The notes below the pieces were generated by a model. That model was not told where the DNA came from, searched no databases, and saw nothing but the letters and a program-made list of their open reading frames with translations. Of a stretch of DNA of 64,000 bases, positions 14,197 through 24,510 are shown one piece after another. Source of the stretch: Spirogloea muscicola. Lineage: Eukaryota. Every line of letters begins with the position of its first letter. The first letter of the stretch is position 1. The stretch is taken from contig WELB01000013.1 of the NCBI GenBank assembly GCA_009602725.1, positions 126,464 through 190,463 on the forward strand. Direction: 5' to 3'. The position numbers and the translations under genes are program-made.

Positions 14197-14589
14197 NNNN
14201 NNNNNNNNNNNNNNNNNNNNNNNNNNNNNNNNNNNNNNNNNNNNNNNNNNNNNNNNNNNNNNNNNNNNNNNNNNNNNNNNNNNNNNNNNNNNNNNNNNNN
14301 NNNNNNNNNNNNNNNNNNNNNNNNNNNNNNNNNNNNNNNNNNGCCGCCGCCGCGCCGCGGCGCAGCCGCGGCGGGCGCTCGGGCCGCAGGATGCGGCGCA
14401 AATCGCGCCGCCTGGCGCGCAAATTCCCTACCCCCGCTAACGCGTTTCCATCATGGACCGTTGACCGACTGTCTCCTGCAGGCCAACTCGTTCCGACTTA
14501 CCGGAGCCCCTTAGCTGTCGGTAAGTTAACGGGGCCGGGCCCCGCTAGCGGCGGCCTCGCATCGACCGCCCGCGGATGGCCATCCCCCG

Positions 14590-14990
14590 CCCCAATCGGA
14601 CGGCCTTCAAAGGCCGTATCCGCGCACGTGCGCCTCAGGCTGGGCCTGCGCGGCCAGGCGCCGGCCACGCCACGTGTGCAGACGCGTGGCGTGTGCATTC
14701 GCCCGCCGGCCGGTGGATCCGGCGCATCGACGGCGCGCACGGGCGCTGAGGCGCCCCGCTGGCGCGCAAGCGCCGACGTGGATCGTCGCACTAAGCGCCA
14801 GGTGGCCATATCAGCTGACGCGTGGCGGGGCGCTTAATGGCTTGGGTTGCAGGAGGCCCTCCATGAATGCGAGCTGGCCGGCTGCCGGAGCGGCCACGAA
14901 GCGCCCACCTTGCCCACCTTCCATGCTCGCCACCTCGGCAGCCCGCCGCGAGGTGCTTCTTCGTCGGCACCCCCACCCTACTTATACCCC
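14590..14990 (+). promoter_or_regulatory. Em-gene promoter with clustered ABRE/G-box, CE3-like and DRE motifs and a TATA-like box
   Basis: CCAAT at 14592; CACGTG at 14625-14630; GCCACGTGT at 14669-14677 (ACACGTGGC on the minus strand, Em1a-like); GACGCGTGGC at 14681-14690 and 14817-14826; GCCGAC overlapping ACGTGG at 14772-14781; TATA at 14983, 120 bp upstream of the Em ATG. Confidence 0.65.
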
Positions 14991-15102
14991 TCCAGCCCCT
15001 CTTCAACTCCCATTGCTCCCCTGGCCCTTCTGCACTCCTTCCTCTCCCCTAACTCAGCGCCAGTCGCCCACCTCCCCGGCTCTTCCTCGCTCTCCCGCAG
15101 CC

Positions 15103-15904
15103 ATGGCCCAGCACACAGTCGACGAGATCAAGAGCTTGTCCGAGGGGGATCGCAAGGACCTCGAGCAGCGCGTCTCCGAGGCAAGCACCAGCTGCCGATG
15201 GCCTCTTAGCTCGATTCCGCCTGCGCTTTCTGCATGCCGGCAGCCCCAGTAATTGTTCTCACGAGAGAGTAGAGTTGCCAATGCGTTCTTCCGCCTTGAT
15301 CCTCAATCACATTTGCATATGCGTGCTTTGTTTGCCCCTTGGCTGCCGGGCTACTATGCACTATCCTCTGGTGCGATTATATTGAGAGTTTCTGTTGCTG
15401 TTGTGCAGGGCGAGACAGTGGTGCAGGGTGGCACCGGTGGGAAGTCCCTTGAGGCTCAGATTCACCTCGCCGAAGGTATGAGTCATATGAGTCATGAGTA
15501 AAGTCATTAATCCATTTCACGCGCACTCTTGTAGATGTCTTCAAATAGCCTGACTTTTGTGACATTTTCTTCTGTGCCTTTTCATGTCTGCCTGCAGCAT
15601 GCAGTATGCGCTTTGATCACATTGTGATGTTCATTTGGCCCCTATTAGCTGCGAGCCTGCTGTCAAGTGGTTTGCAGCCAATAACCCTTATCGGTGTTTG
15701 AAAAGAAGATAACTGAAATGTCTCGTAAGCTGTGCTGGTACAGGTCGTAGCAAGGGTGGGCAGTCACGTGCCCAGGAGCTTGGCACTGAGGGCTACCAGG
15801 AGATGGGCAAGAAGGGAGGATTGTCCAGCAACGACCAGTCTGGTGGTGAGCGCGCCGAGAAGGAGGGTATTCCACTGGATGAGAGCAAGTTCACCAAAAA
15901 CTAA
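15103..15904 (+). CDS. Em: Em-like group 1 LEA (small hydrophilic seed protein family), 3 exons, 101 aa
   Basis: Exons 15103-15180 (GC donor), 15409-15475 and 15744-15904 give [101 protein letters not shown]. This carries the [17 protein letters not shown] signature and a single 20-mer motif. Confidence 0.96.
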
Positions 15905-16123
15905 GCAGCCAGCAAATCTGCTGGCTAGTGGTAGTCAAAAGTTGGAAATATTGCCTCCAGATGGACTCACTTACTAGTGATATCCTGCTTGTATGGTAAA
16001 GACTGGGATGCGCTTGCACATTTGCTTGTATCATCTTTATTAATTTAACATCAGTTTATGGAGATTTTTGATTCAAAAAACATGTGGGGAGTGGTATCTT
16101 CACGCTTTATTTTTCTCCACCTT

Positions 16124-16240
16124 GGTAAAGATTGGCTGTCACAACGTATTGTGGAAATAGATCACTTGAATATTTCACATTTTATTTCACCTTTGTAAAA
16201 GACTGGCTGTCACAACCTATTGTGGAAAGATTATTTGAAC
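16124..16240 (+). repeat. Two-copy diverged tandem repeat (~70 bp period) in an AT-rich intergenic stretch
   Basis: gtaaagattggctgtcacaacgtattgtggaaatagatcacttgaa versus gtaaaagactggctgtcacaacctattgtggaaagattatttgaa. Confidence 0.7.
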
Positions 16241-16765
16241 ACTTAAAAGCAGGAAATAGAACAATTATTCTACCTAAACATTTCACAATTATTGTCTTCT
16301 CATGCACATGTCTACCTTAAAACCCTTTCACCAACATGATGACAGAATTTATGTGTGAGGTTCAATTACATCAATGTACAATGTTCTATCTAAACTTGCA
16401 TTTTACAAACCTCTATAACCCACCTCTTCAACAATCTTAAATACTGCAATCAATCAATGCATGCAGAACACCCGAGGAAGTAACTTAATGTCATCTGAAA
16501 CGAGCATGCTTATTATTGCCTTGACATGTGATTGTTGTCCCTATACGAGTTGTTGTAAACACTTGACTACTGACACCACGCAAAATGCTGGAATAGTCAC
16601 CAACTTCTAAATAGCCTTGTTCACTGTCAATGAGCAAGTCACCTTCATCATACCCGCTAGGATAATTTCACCAAGTCATCCATAGGCTGCAACCTCTAGA
16701 TGGCCAGGAACCCTCTACCCGGAAACTACTTTCTCCAACATGCGGCTACTGAACAGAAATCGTCT

Positions 16766-16800
<35 letters not shown>

Positions 16801-17043
16801 GTGTGCCTCATTGTGTGCCTCGTGACCACTAATTGCACTGTATGCTTAACACTTTCAATGGCCCTTTAAGTTACTACTGTCTGAGCTGACCTTTCACAAC
16901 CATCGCCCTCTACTGGTAGAGCACAGGTAGAACACTCTCGCCCCCTTTGGAAGGTAAGCTCTATTAGTAAAGCGCGATCGCTGTGAGAAGACATGGCTCT
17001 TTCCAATGAGAGCTGTGAAAGACCAGTCCACAGCTGGTATAAC

Positions 17044-18089
17044 TGCTGTCTCAGTGCTTAACACTCCGACTCCTTCAGACCTTGTCCATTCTTTTGGGCT
17101 GGCCTCTCCCAGCCACCAGTTAATCTGCCCGCGCTTGCTGTATAACCGGAAGACGCCCTCTTTACAGCAGCAGGATCGCTAGCGCAGGTGTACCACATGC
17201 CCTTGACCATCTCGCTGCAGAGGTCTATGACCCGCGCGCTGCACCTGCGTGCAGGCAGAGCCTTCGCTGCTGCCTCTGGCTCTGGCCAGGGGACCCGCTT
17301 CCAGGAACCCAGTCTCTCTGACCTGAGGCTGCTTAGCAGTGGTTACTGAGTGCTTCGTAGCTGCTTCGCTTCTTTTCTGTGCTTGTTGTTCTTCGTACTT
17401 CCCCTGGCCCCTTCTCCGGCTCCTGTTGCTTTGGCTTTGGACATTGTCCATTCTTTTTTGGGCTGGCTTTGCCAGCCCCTCTTTTCTATGGGCGAGTTCT
17501 TCTCTCGTCCTTCGTACATTCTTTTCTGGGCTGGCTTTTTCCAGCCCCTATCCTCAATGGGCGAACCCTTCCCTTTACAGTAGCCGGATGGTTTGTTTGT
17601 CATTCAAATGTGCATCTACTGACTAGAGGTTACTGACAATGAAGAAGAAGTGGCTCTCCCAATGGGGGCAAGGGCTGTGAGAAGCCAGCCCGAAAAGAAT
17701 TGACAAAGTTCGAAGGGGCCAAACTACGAGCTAAGCAGCGACTGCGGAGCCTGAAGAGGCTATGGCAGAACGGGGGAGGATGGACCACTTAGTAGTTACG
17801 AGTGAGGAGCCTCACATCCGACAGACTAGCTGCCGGTAAACTATCCCCCTGACGAAAGCCGGAGGCCGCAGCGAGAGCACGGCCAGCACGCAGATGCAAC
17901 AATGCACTTGCTACTGTCTCAGTCCTTAACACTCCGGCTCCTTCGGACCTTGTCCATTCCTTTGGGCCGGCGGCCGGCCTCTCCTAGAAGAAGAAGAAGT
18001 GGCTCTCCCAATGGGGGCAAGGGCTGTGAGAAGCCAGCCCGAAAAGAATTGACAAGGTTCGAAGGGGCCAAACTACGAGCTAAGCAGCG
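17044..18089. mobile_element. Cluster 1 of nested, 5'-truncated non-LTR retroelement 3' ends
   Basis: Plus-strand copy ~17164-17576 encodes AGSLAQVYHMPLTISLQRSMTRALHLRAGRAFAAASG...SDLRLLSSGY* (TGA 17347-17349). A second ORF tail ...NVHLLTRGY* ends at 17636. Minus-strand copies at 17641-17899 and 17986-18089 end in (TTC)n. The same sequences recur at 47.7-49.0 and 61.5-62.9 kb. Confidence 0.75.
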
Positions 18090-19047
18090 NNNNNNNNNNN
18101 NNNNNNNNNNNNNNNNNNNNNNNNNNNNNNNNNNNNNNNNNNNNNNNNNNNNNNNNNNNNNNNNNNNNNNNNNNNNNNNNNNNNNNNNNNNNNNNNNNNN
18201 NNNNNNNNNNNNNNNNNNNNNNNNNNNNNNNNNNNNNNNNNNNNNNNNNNNNNNNNNNNNNNNNNNNNNNNNNNNNNNNNNNNNNNNNNNNNNNNNNNNN
18301 NNNNNNNNNNNNNNNNNNNNNNNNNNNNNNNNNNNNNNNNNNNNNNNNNNNNNNNNNNNNNNNNNNNNNNNNNNNNNNNNNNNNNNNNNNNNNNNNNNNN
18401 NNNNNNNNNNNNNNNNNNNNNNNNNNNNNNNNNNNNNNNNNNNNNNNNNNNNNNNNNNNNNNNNNNNNNNNNNNNNNNNNNNNNNNNNNNNNNNNNNNNN
18501 NNNNNNNNNNNNNNNNNNNNNNNNNNNNNNNNNNNNNNNNNNNNNNNNNNNNNNNNNNNNNNNNNNNNNNNNNNNNNNNNNNNNNNNNNNNNNNNNNNNN
18601 NNNNNNNNNNNNNNNNNNNNNNNNNNNNNNNNNNNNNNNNNNNNNNNNNNNNNNNNNNNNNNNNNNNNNNNNNNNNNNNNNNNNNNNNNNNNNNNNNNNN
18701 NNNNNNNNNNNNNNNNNNNNNNNNNNNNNNNNNNNNNNNNNNNNNNNNNNNNNNNNNNNNNNNNNNNNNNNNNNNNNNNNNNNNNNNNNNNNNNNNNNNN
18801 NNNNNNNNNNNNNNNNNNNNNNNNNNNNNNNNNNNNNNNNNNNNNNNNNNNNNNNNNNNNNNNNNNNNNNNNNNNNNNNNNNNNNNNNNNNNNNNNNNNN
18901 NNNNNNNNNNNNNNNNNNNNNNNNNNNNNNNNNNNNNNNNNNNNNNNNNNNNNNNNNNNNNNNNNNNNNNNNNNNNNNNNNNNNNNNNNNNNNNNNNNNN
19001 NNNNNNNNNNNNNNNNNNNNNNNNNNNNNNNNNNNNNNNNNNNNNNN

Positions 19048-22000
19048 GCCGCGACGGCCGCGCCGGGGCGCTGCCGTGCCGCCGCCCTTGCTGCGACGGC
19101 GGCGCTCTCCTTGGCACCGCGGCGGCTTTGACGACGCGGCGGCGGCGGTGCCGCGGCTGTGGCAGGCGGAGGGCCAGGAAGGCGGCCGCCAAGGGCAGCC
19201 TCCTGCCGACGGAGGTCACCGTCGTGGAGGAGAACCCGGGCCCCGAGGACAAGGCGCATGACGACCATGGCCGCGCCGCTGCCGCCACCGCTGCCGCAAG
19301 TACTCCCACCATGTACGCGACGGCCGTGCGACGCTCAATTGGCGCAGCGCCATTGCTTTAGGTGGATCTGCCGAGCGCCGTCGGCTCGTCGCAGCTGAGC
19401 CGGCGGCAAAAGCGGCTGTGGCTCGTGGCAAAGGCTGGTGGCGGCGGCGGCAGCGGCTGAGGTCGACGGCGAGTCCTGTCCCTGTGGGACGCGCAGGAAC
19501 GGCCACGCCAATGGCGGCGCCATGGACGGCGCGAGGGCGGAGAAGGCGCAGCAAGAGAAGGTCCACCCCGAGCCGCCGGAGGCTGCCGAGGATCACCCGC
19601 TGGCGGCGGGCAAGGCCGGCGTGGCGGGCGACGGTGGGGACAGCGGCCTCCGAGACGCCCACGATGACGGCTTCGAGGACGTCCTTACTGCCGCAAGCGG
19701 CCTCGAGGAGCCGCCGCCTGACCAGCCGGTCGCTCTGCGGGAGGTCCCTCCCCGGTCTGCTCCGATCCCATGCCATGCTCAGTGCGCGTCCTTGCTTGTT
19801 GAGAGCGCTGCTAGAAGTGACGGCCAGGCATGCGCTCGTGTGGCGGCCATGTGCAAGCACTTGGACATGCAGCAGCCACCTACATTACAAGGGTCCCTCT
19901 GACTGATGCCACCAGCTCCGTGCTGCAGGCGCGAGCTGCTGGACATCGTGCGCAAGCACTCAGACATGCTGCCACGGCCAGGCACGCAGGCCGCTGCCAC
20001 CGCCGCCGCCGCCGACGAGCTGCCGCAGGAGGGCTTGATGGACGAGCGCTACTGGCAGGAGATGGTGGACATGTTCTTCCTGCGTACTGACGCCCCCGAC
20101 CGCGACACGCACTTTGACGACATGCTCTTCTTTGTCCGGCGCACCCCCCGAGTGAGCACCCGACGAAGTCATATTTACTAATGATCCTCTGGAGTGAGAC
20201 TAAATGTTTGGACTGGCTCATAGACTAATCTTCAATTACTGTTACGGAGCCGACAACGGCCAATGTGCCCAAGCTGGCTGACTGGCAAGACTTTGGTTGC
20301 TCTGGGGCAGGCCGTAGACTTCCAGCAGAGCCTGAAACCCCTGGTGAGCGAGCCGGCATTTGTTGCAACTTTGGAGCTTGCTTCCCGCCTGTGATCTTTA
20401 CTGCTCATCTCAATGGAAGTCAGCTTAGGCCTAGAGGTGCTGGTTGCTACTTGCGCCCGCAAGGTGTCACTTCTTTTCCTCCCCCGGAGCTCAGGGAGGC
20501 CGTGAGGGAGCACTTAAACCTTGTCCTCTGGTGCGCGATGCGTAGAAAATTGATGGAGGTGGCGGCTCCAAGTCGCCTTGGAAGCCCTTCTTTGTGAGGA
20601 GGCGTGTTCCAGACGTAAGTGTCATGCATCCTTCCAACTGCGCCCTTTCCAAAGCATGCACATTAACAGTCAGGTCCTGCATAGCTCTTCAAGGCTTTGC
20701 CATCATTTACAAGTGTTCGTCCAGGGTTTAAGGCTTGCAGGACATCGCTCGAAGGTGCCCTGTCCAGCAGTAGATGCAATCACCATCTTGTGTCTCATCA
20801 CGAGTCAGCTTCCACAAGGCACAGTGTGAAATATATGGATAACGGGTGGGGTGGCGACAGCTGATGAAGGTGATGGGGGGTTTGGCATCGGAAGTGGACT
20901 GGCAGCTCTCCTACTACCTCAACCTGATTGCGCATACCGCGTACACCCTCACAGTTGCCGTGTGCAGGTGAGGCCACCATGCTCTGGTTGCATGCAGCAC
21001 AGCCTTCTTGTTCAGCTCTCCTCTCTCTCACTGCGCCTGGGGCTGCAGGTCATGCTCGTCTTGCTTGCTCTTAGAAGCGATCTGCTGGTTGACTGTTCTT
21101 ACTTGCAGCCGGGCTGCGCTTGATCGGCATCGCAAGACCAAGGGAGCTCCCGTGACGCCAATGTTCAAGGTACACTCAAGGCATAGGGAGTCAGGAGTCA
21201 CAGCCCCGCTGTGTGGCTGCTTAAGTATATGCCAGCGTTAGCCACCTGTCATCACCAACTCTTACTTTACTGAAATTGCGTGCGAGCTTCAGCGCAGCTA
21301 TTTGCTACATTGTTGCCATGGGCTGTGAAGTGCTGATGTGCTACAGATTGAAACCTACATGCTGGGCTCTTGCTAATCCTTGGCTCAAGTGGAGTGTCGT
21401 GTCTCATAGATACAACAGTGTTATCCCTCAATTTGTTTCACCTAGGGCTCTTGTGCAACACCTCCATACCACAACTCCAAGCAATAAGCTTTTCTGCATT
21501 TTAGCCTTCTTGGCAAGATCAAGACGTCCCATTTTTGCGGTCTTCCGATGTCCAGCTTGTATTGTGTCCGCTTTCGCAGGTCACCAAGCGGTTGTATGCA
21601 TCTCCAAGCCGCGCCAGGATCGACATGGAAGCAGCTAAGGTTGGAGGCCCTCTTTATGTCAACTCTCAACATTCTTTTTCTTTGTATACTCCCAATTCCT
21701 GGTGGAGTATGTGGAAGATACTGGCTAATTCAAGATCAATATTGCAGGCTTTGCATGCAAGAATTACTGTTGCGCTGTTTTCTCCCAGCTGCACATTGTG
21801 CCTAATTATCTAAGATTCTAACACTGGCAGGCCTTGGAGACAGTTCCGGCTTATCCTGACATCTGCTTCGCTGTTGACGACTACGACAATGCATTTGACT
21901 CTGTGGTGGGGCCCTGTTGAGGCATTATCTACCTCATTGTCTGAAGCTGGAGGCTTACATTCTAAGTGCCTGAGCGTTGACTGCAACCACTAATTCTGAC

Positions 22001-24151
22001 TCTTTCAGAACTGCCAGAGCACCTAGAGGGCATGTCTTTGCCCTCTGCATCCAGGCTGCTAGGAGATGTGCATGCAAGCGCAGGCTCAAGCTGCACATGC
22101 TAGAAGACAGTCACTCTGGGAGATTCCTGCGTGGAATCTACGTCATGGCCTCCGTCCTCTCTTGCTTGACAGTAATGTGTGAAATTGCTCACAGTCTGCA
22201 ACTGATGGTCTGGGGGCGGGGCAGGTGTTGTCAGACCCAGATCACTGCTTCTGTGTCCTGCTGAACGCGCACGGGGGCGCTGCCATACCTCCCGAGGAGG
22301 CATCACCAGCCGGCACGGCGGGGCCCCCAAAACGGACAAGCTCCGAGGCCAAAGCCCTGGGAGAGGCGCCGGGCGACGGATCACCCAAGGTCCACTCCCT
22401 GATTCGGCTGCTCAGGAGTGCAGAGCATTGTGACCTCTTTGTAGCAACTCCGACTTATTGACTATAGGGCCTTAATAGTAGTATTTCCTGATGAGTTTGA
22501 GCTAGCTCAATTGCTTGCTCTCCTTTGCGCAATGTCATCAAGGCTCTCCAGACTTGCACTGACTCTGCGCCCGAGCCTTTGTCTGCTTCAATGAGGGCAG
22601 GTCACCCTCTTCTCTGGCTGCGTCGGCTACCCGCTTGTTCGAGCATCGTTCCAAGGTCACTGGAACTCACAACGTGCTCACCAGCAATGGCAGATTCAGG
22701 CCACTCAACATTTGACTCGCAAGCACTGACGTTAGCAAGACAAGTACCTGCGCTTGCAGGACCGAAGAGGCAGACAAGGAGCAGAGGACCTTTTGCAGAA
22801 GAGAAGCATGCTCACACAGACGGCGGTCTTTCCTGTGTCTCTGTGCAGGGATGCAGAGGCCTCTGGGCCTGTTTGGGAAGCGGGAGGACCGAGCAGAGCG
22901 GCTAATCATGCGCGGCCCAGGAGGGCGCGGCGAGGCCGATGTGGCCGTCTCACGGGCCCCTCCGTCTCACGCAGGCACGACCTTGTACAGACTCTTCTCC
23001 TCGTTCAAATTCACAGAGGAGTTTCAATAGCTTCTGTCTCCTGCTTCCTGCTCTGATCAACTGTCAAATTGAACAAGTCATCTGCGACTCGGATGACCAG
23101 TCAGATTCGACTCAATGGTTGGCTTTGAGGTGACTGTTAGAAGCTCACTGAGATGGGTATCAGAATCTGAAGACCAGCTTCGTATATGTAAGCAAGCAGG
23201 CAGGCAGCGTTACCGTGCTCTGATGCCTTTCCAGCAACCAGGCCTTGACTGGAAGCATTGCCGCCCGTCTGTTTTGCAGAGGCAGAGCCGTCACAGGCGG
23301 AGGCGCGTCCTGGCGCCATGGGGGCCATTGCTGACAGCCCAGCAAAGGTTGCAGGCCTGCAGCGCCAGGTGGCGGAGGTCCAGACGAAGCTCCTTGCCAT
23401 GGTTCAGGAGCCGTCCAGTGGCGAGCGCCAGCAGAGGGAGCTCCAGGTGCACATGGCTCTGTGCCTCACACGATAGTTGGACTGCGTCCATCTTGTCCAT
23501 TCTGTACTGCAGTAACTGCAGCCCAGCCCACTGTCTGGCCTGTCACCAGAAGGCATGAGGGTGCTGTAGTCTTCTGCTCTCATGCTCGGCTTTGGACATG
23601 GCAGGATGTCCAGCGCCAGCTTCAGCAGGTGCAGGAGCAGCTTGGCGCCGCCTCGCTGCCACCACCGTCTGGCTCCTCCATCTTTTCCTCGCTTTTTAAG
23701 AGGAAGGATGAGACAAGCAGTGGCAGCAGCGGGACAGGGGATAAGCACGTCCCGCTTCGCTGCTGCCTCATGTCCCTCTCTCTTCCCTGGGACTCGCTTG
23801 CGTATGACCTCCTCTTCAAGGTCTGCCACCGCAAATCCTCCTACGACTGGAGCTGCTTGTATCAATGCTGTATTATATCAAGTAGTAGAAAAGAAGCAAG
23901 AAACTTGATTTTTACATTCACTGGAACAAGGTCATGTTACCATCTGCTGCAGATACATAGCAGGGCAAATTTGTTGCCCTTTCATAGGCAGATATAAGAA
24001 TGGCGCCAACTCTGGCTAGTGCAGACTTTTGCAGAGTTGGTATTTGCTCGTGACGGAAGCATGGAGTGATATGTGTGTGCAGGACTTGCCGGTCAGGATC
24101 TCAATCACGGGGTCTATCCTCCCCAGACCGGCACGGCGGGACCTCTTGTGA
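19048..24151 (+). CDS. DUF2045 / KIAA0930-like protein (multi-exon; start uncertain, near the gap)
   Basis: Exons read ERYWQEMVDMFF...DDMLFFVRR, EVDWQLSYYLNLIAHTAYTLTVAVC, VTKRLYASPSRARIDM, PAYPDICFAVDDYDNAFDSV, VTLFSGCVGY, LIMRGPGGRGEADVAVS and VPLRCCLMSLSLPWDSLAYDLLFK. The last exon ends ...RRDLL* (TGA 24149-24151). Confidence 0.88.
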
Positions 24152-24510
24152 CGGCCTGCTGGAGCCTTCACTTTGGCTGCTGTCATGCCATTTTGTAAAC
24201 GCCCCAGTCGGCCTCCACGTCTAACCATGTGCAGCCTCCACCGCTGCACACTTCTCCACGCACACACCATGTCGCAGCACTTCATGACACTTACCTCTGC
24301 TACGTTGGTGCAATGTTCCAGCGGCAAATTTGAGGGCAGGTGACTCGTGAGGCACTAGAAGCAGGACTGCTAGAGGCAGAAGTAGACTGCTTTGACAGGC
24401 GGGCATTTTACGTAATGCAGCAGTTCAAGCTGATTGCTGCCTGTGAAGGCAGCACACATATGCGGGTCAAGTTGCTCAGAGGGCAGCCTCTGGCTACGCG
24501 TATTATGCCG

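Noticed and set aside
17902..19312. 400+ aa ORFs spanning N runs (also at 35.5-37.0 and 60.6-61.6 kb)
   Set aside because: Their length comes from translating through gaps.
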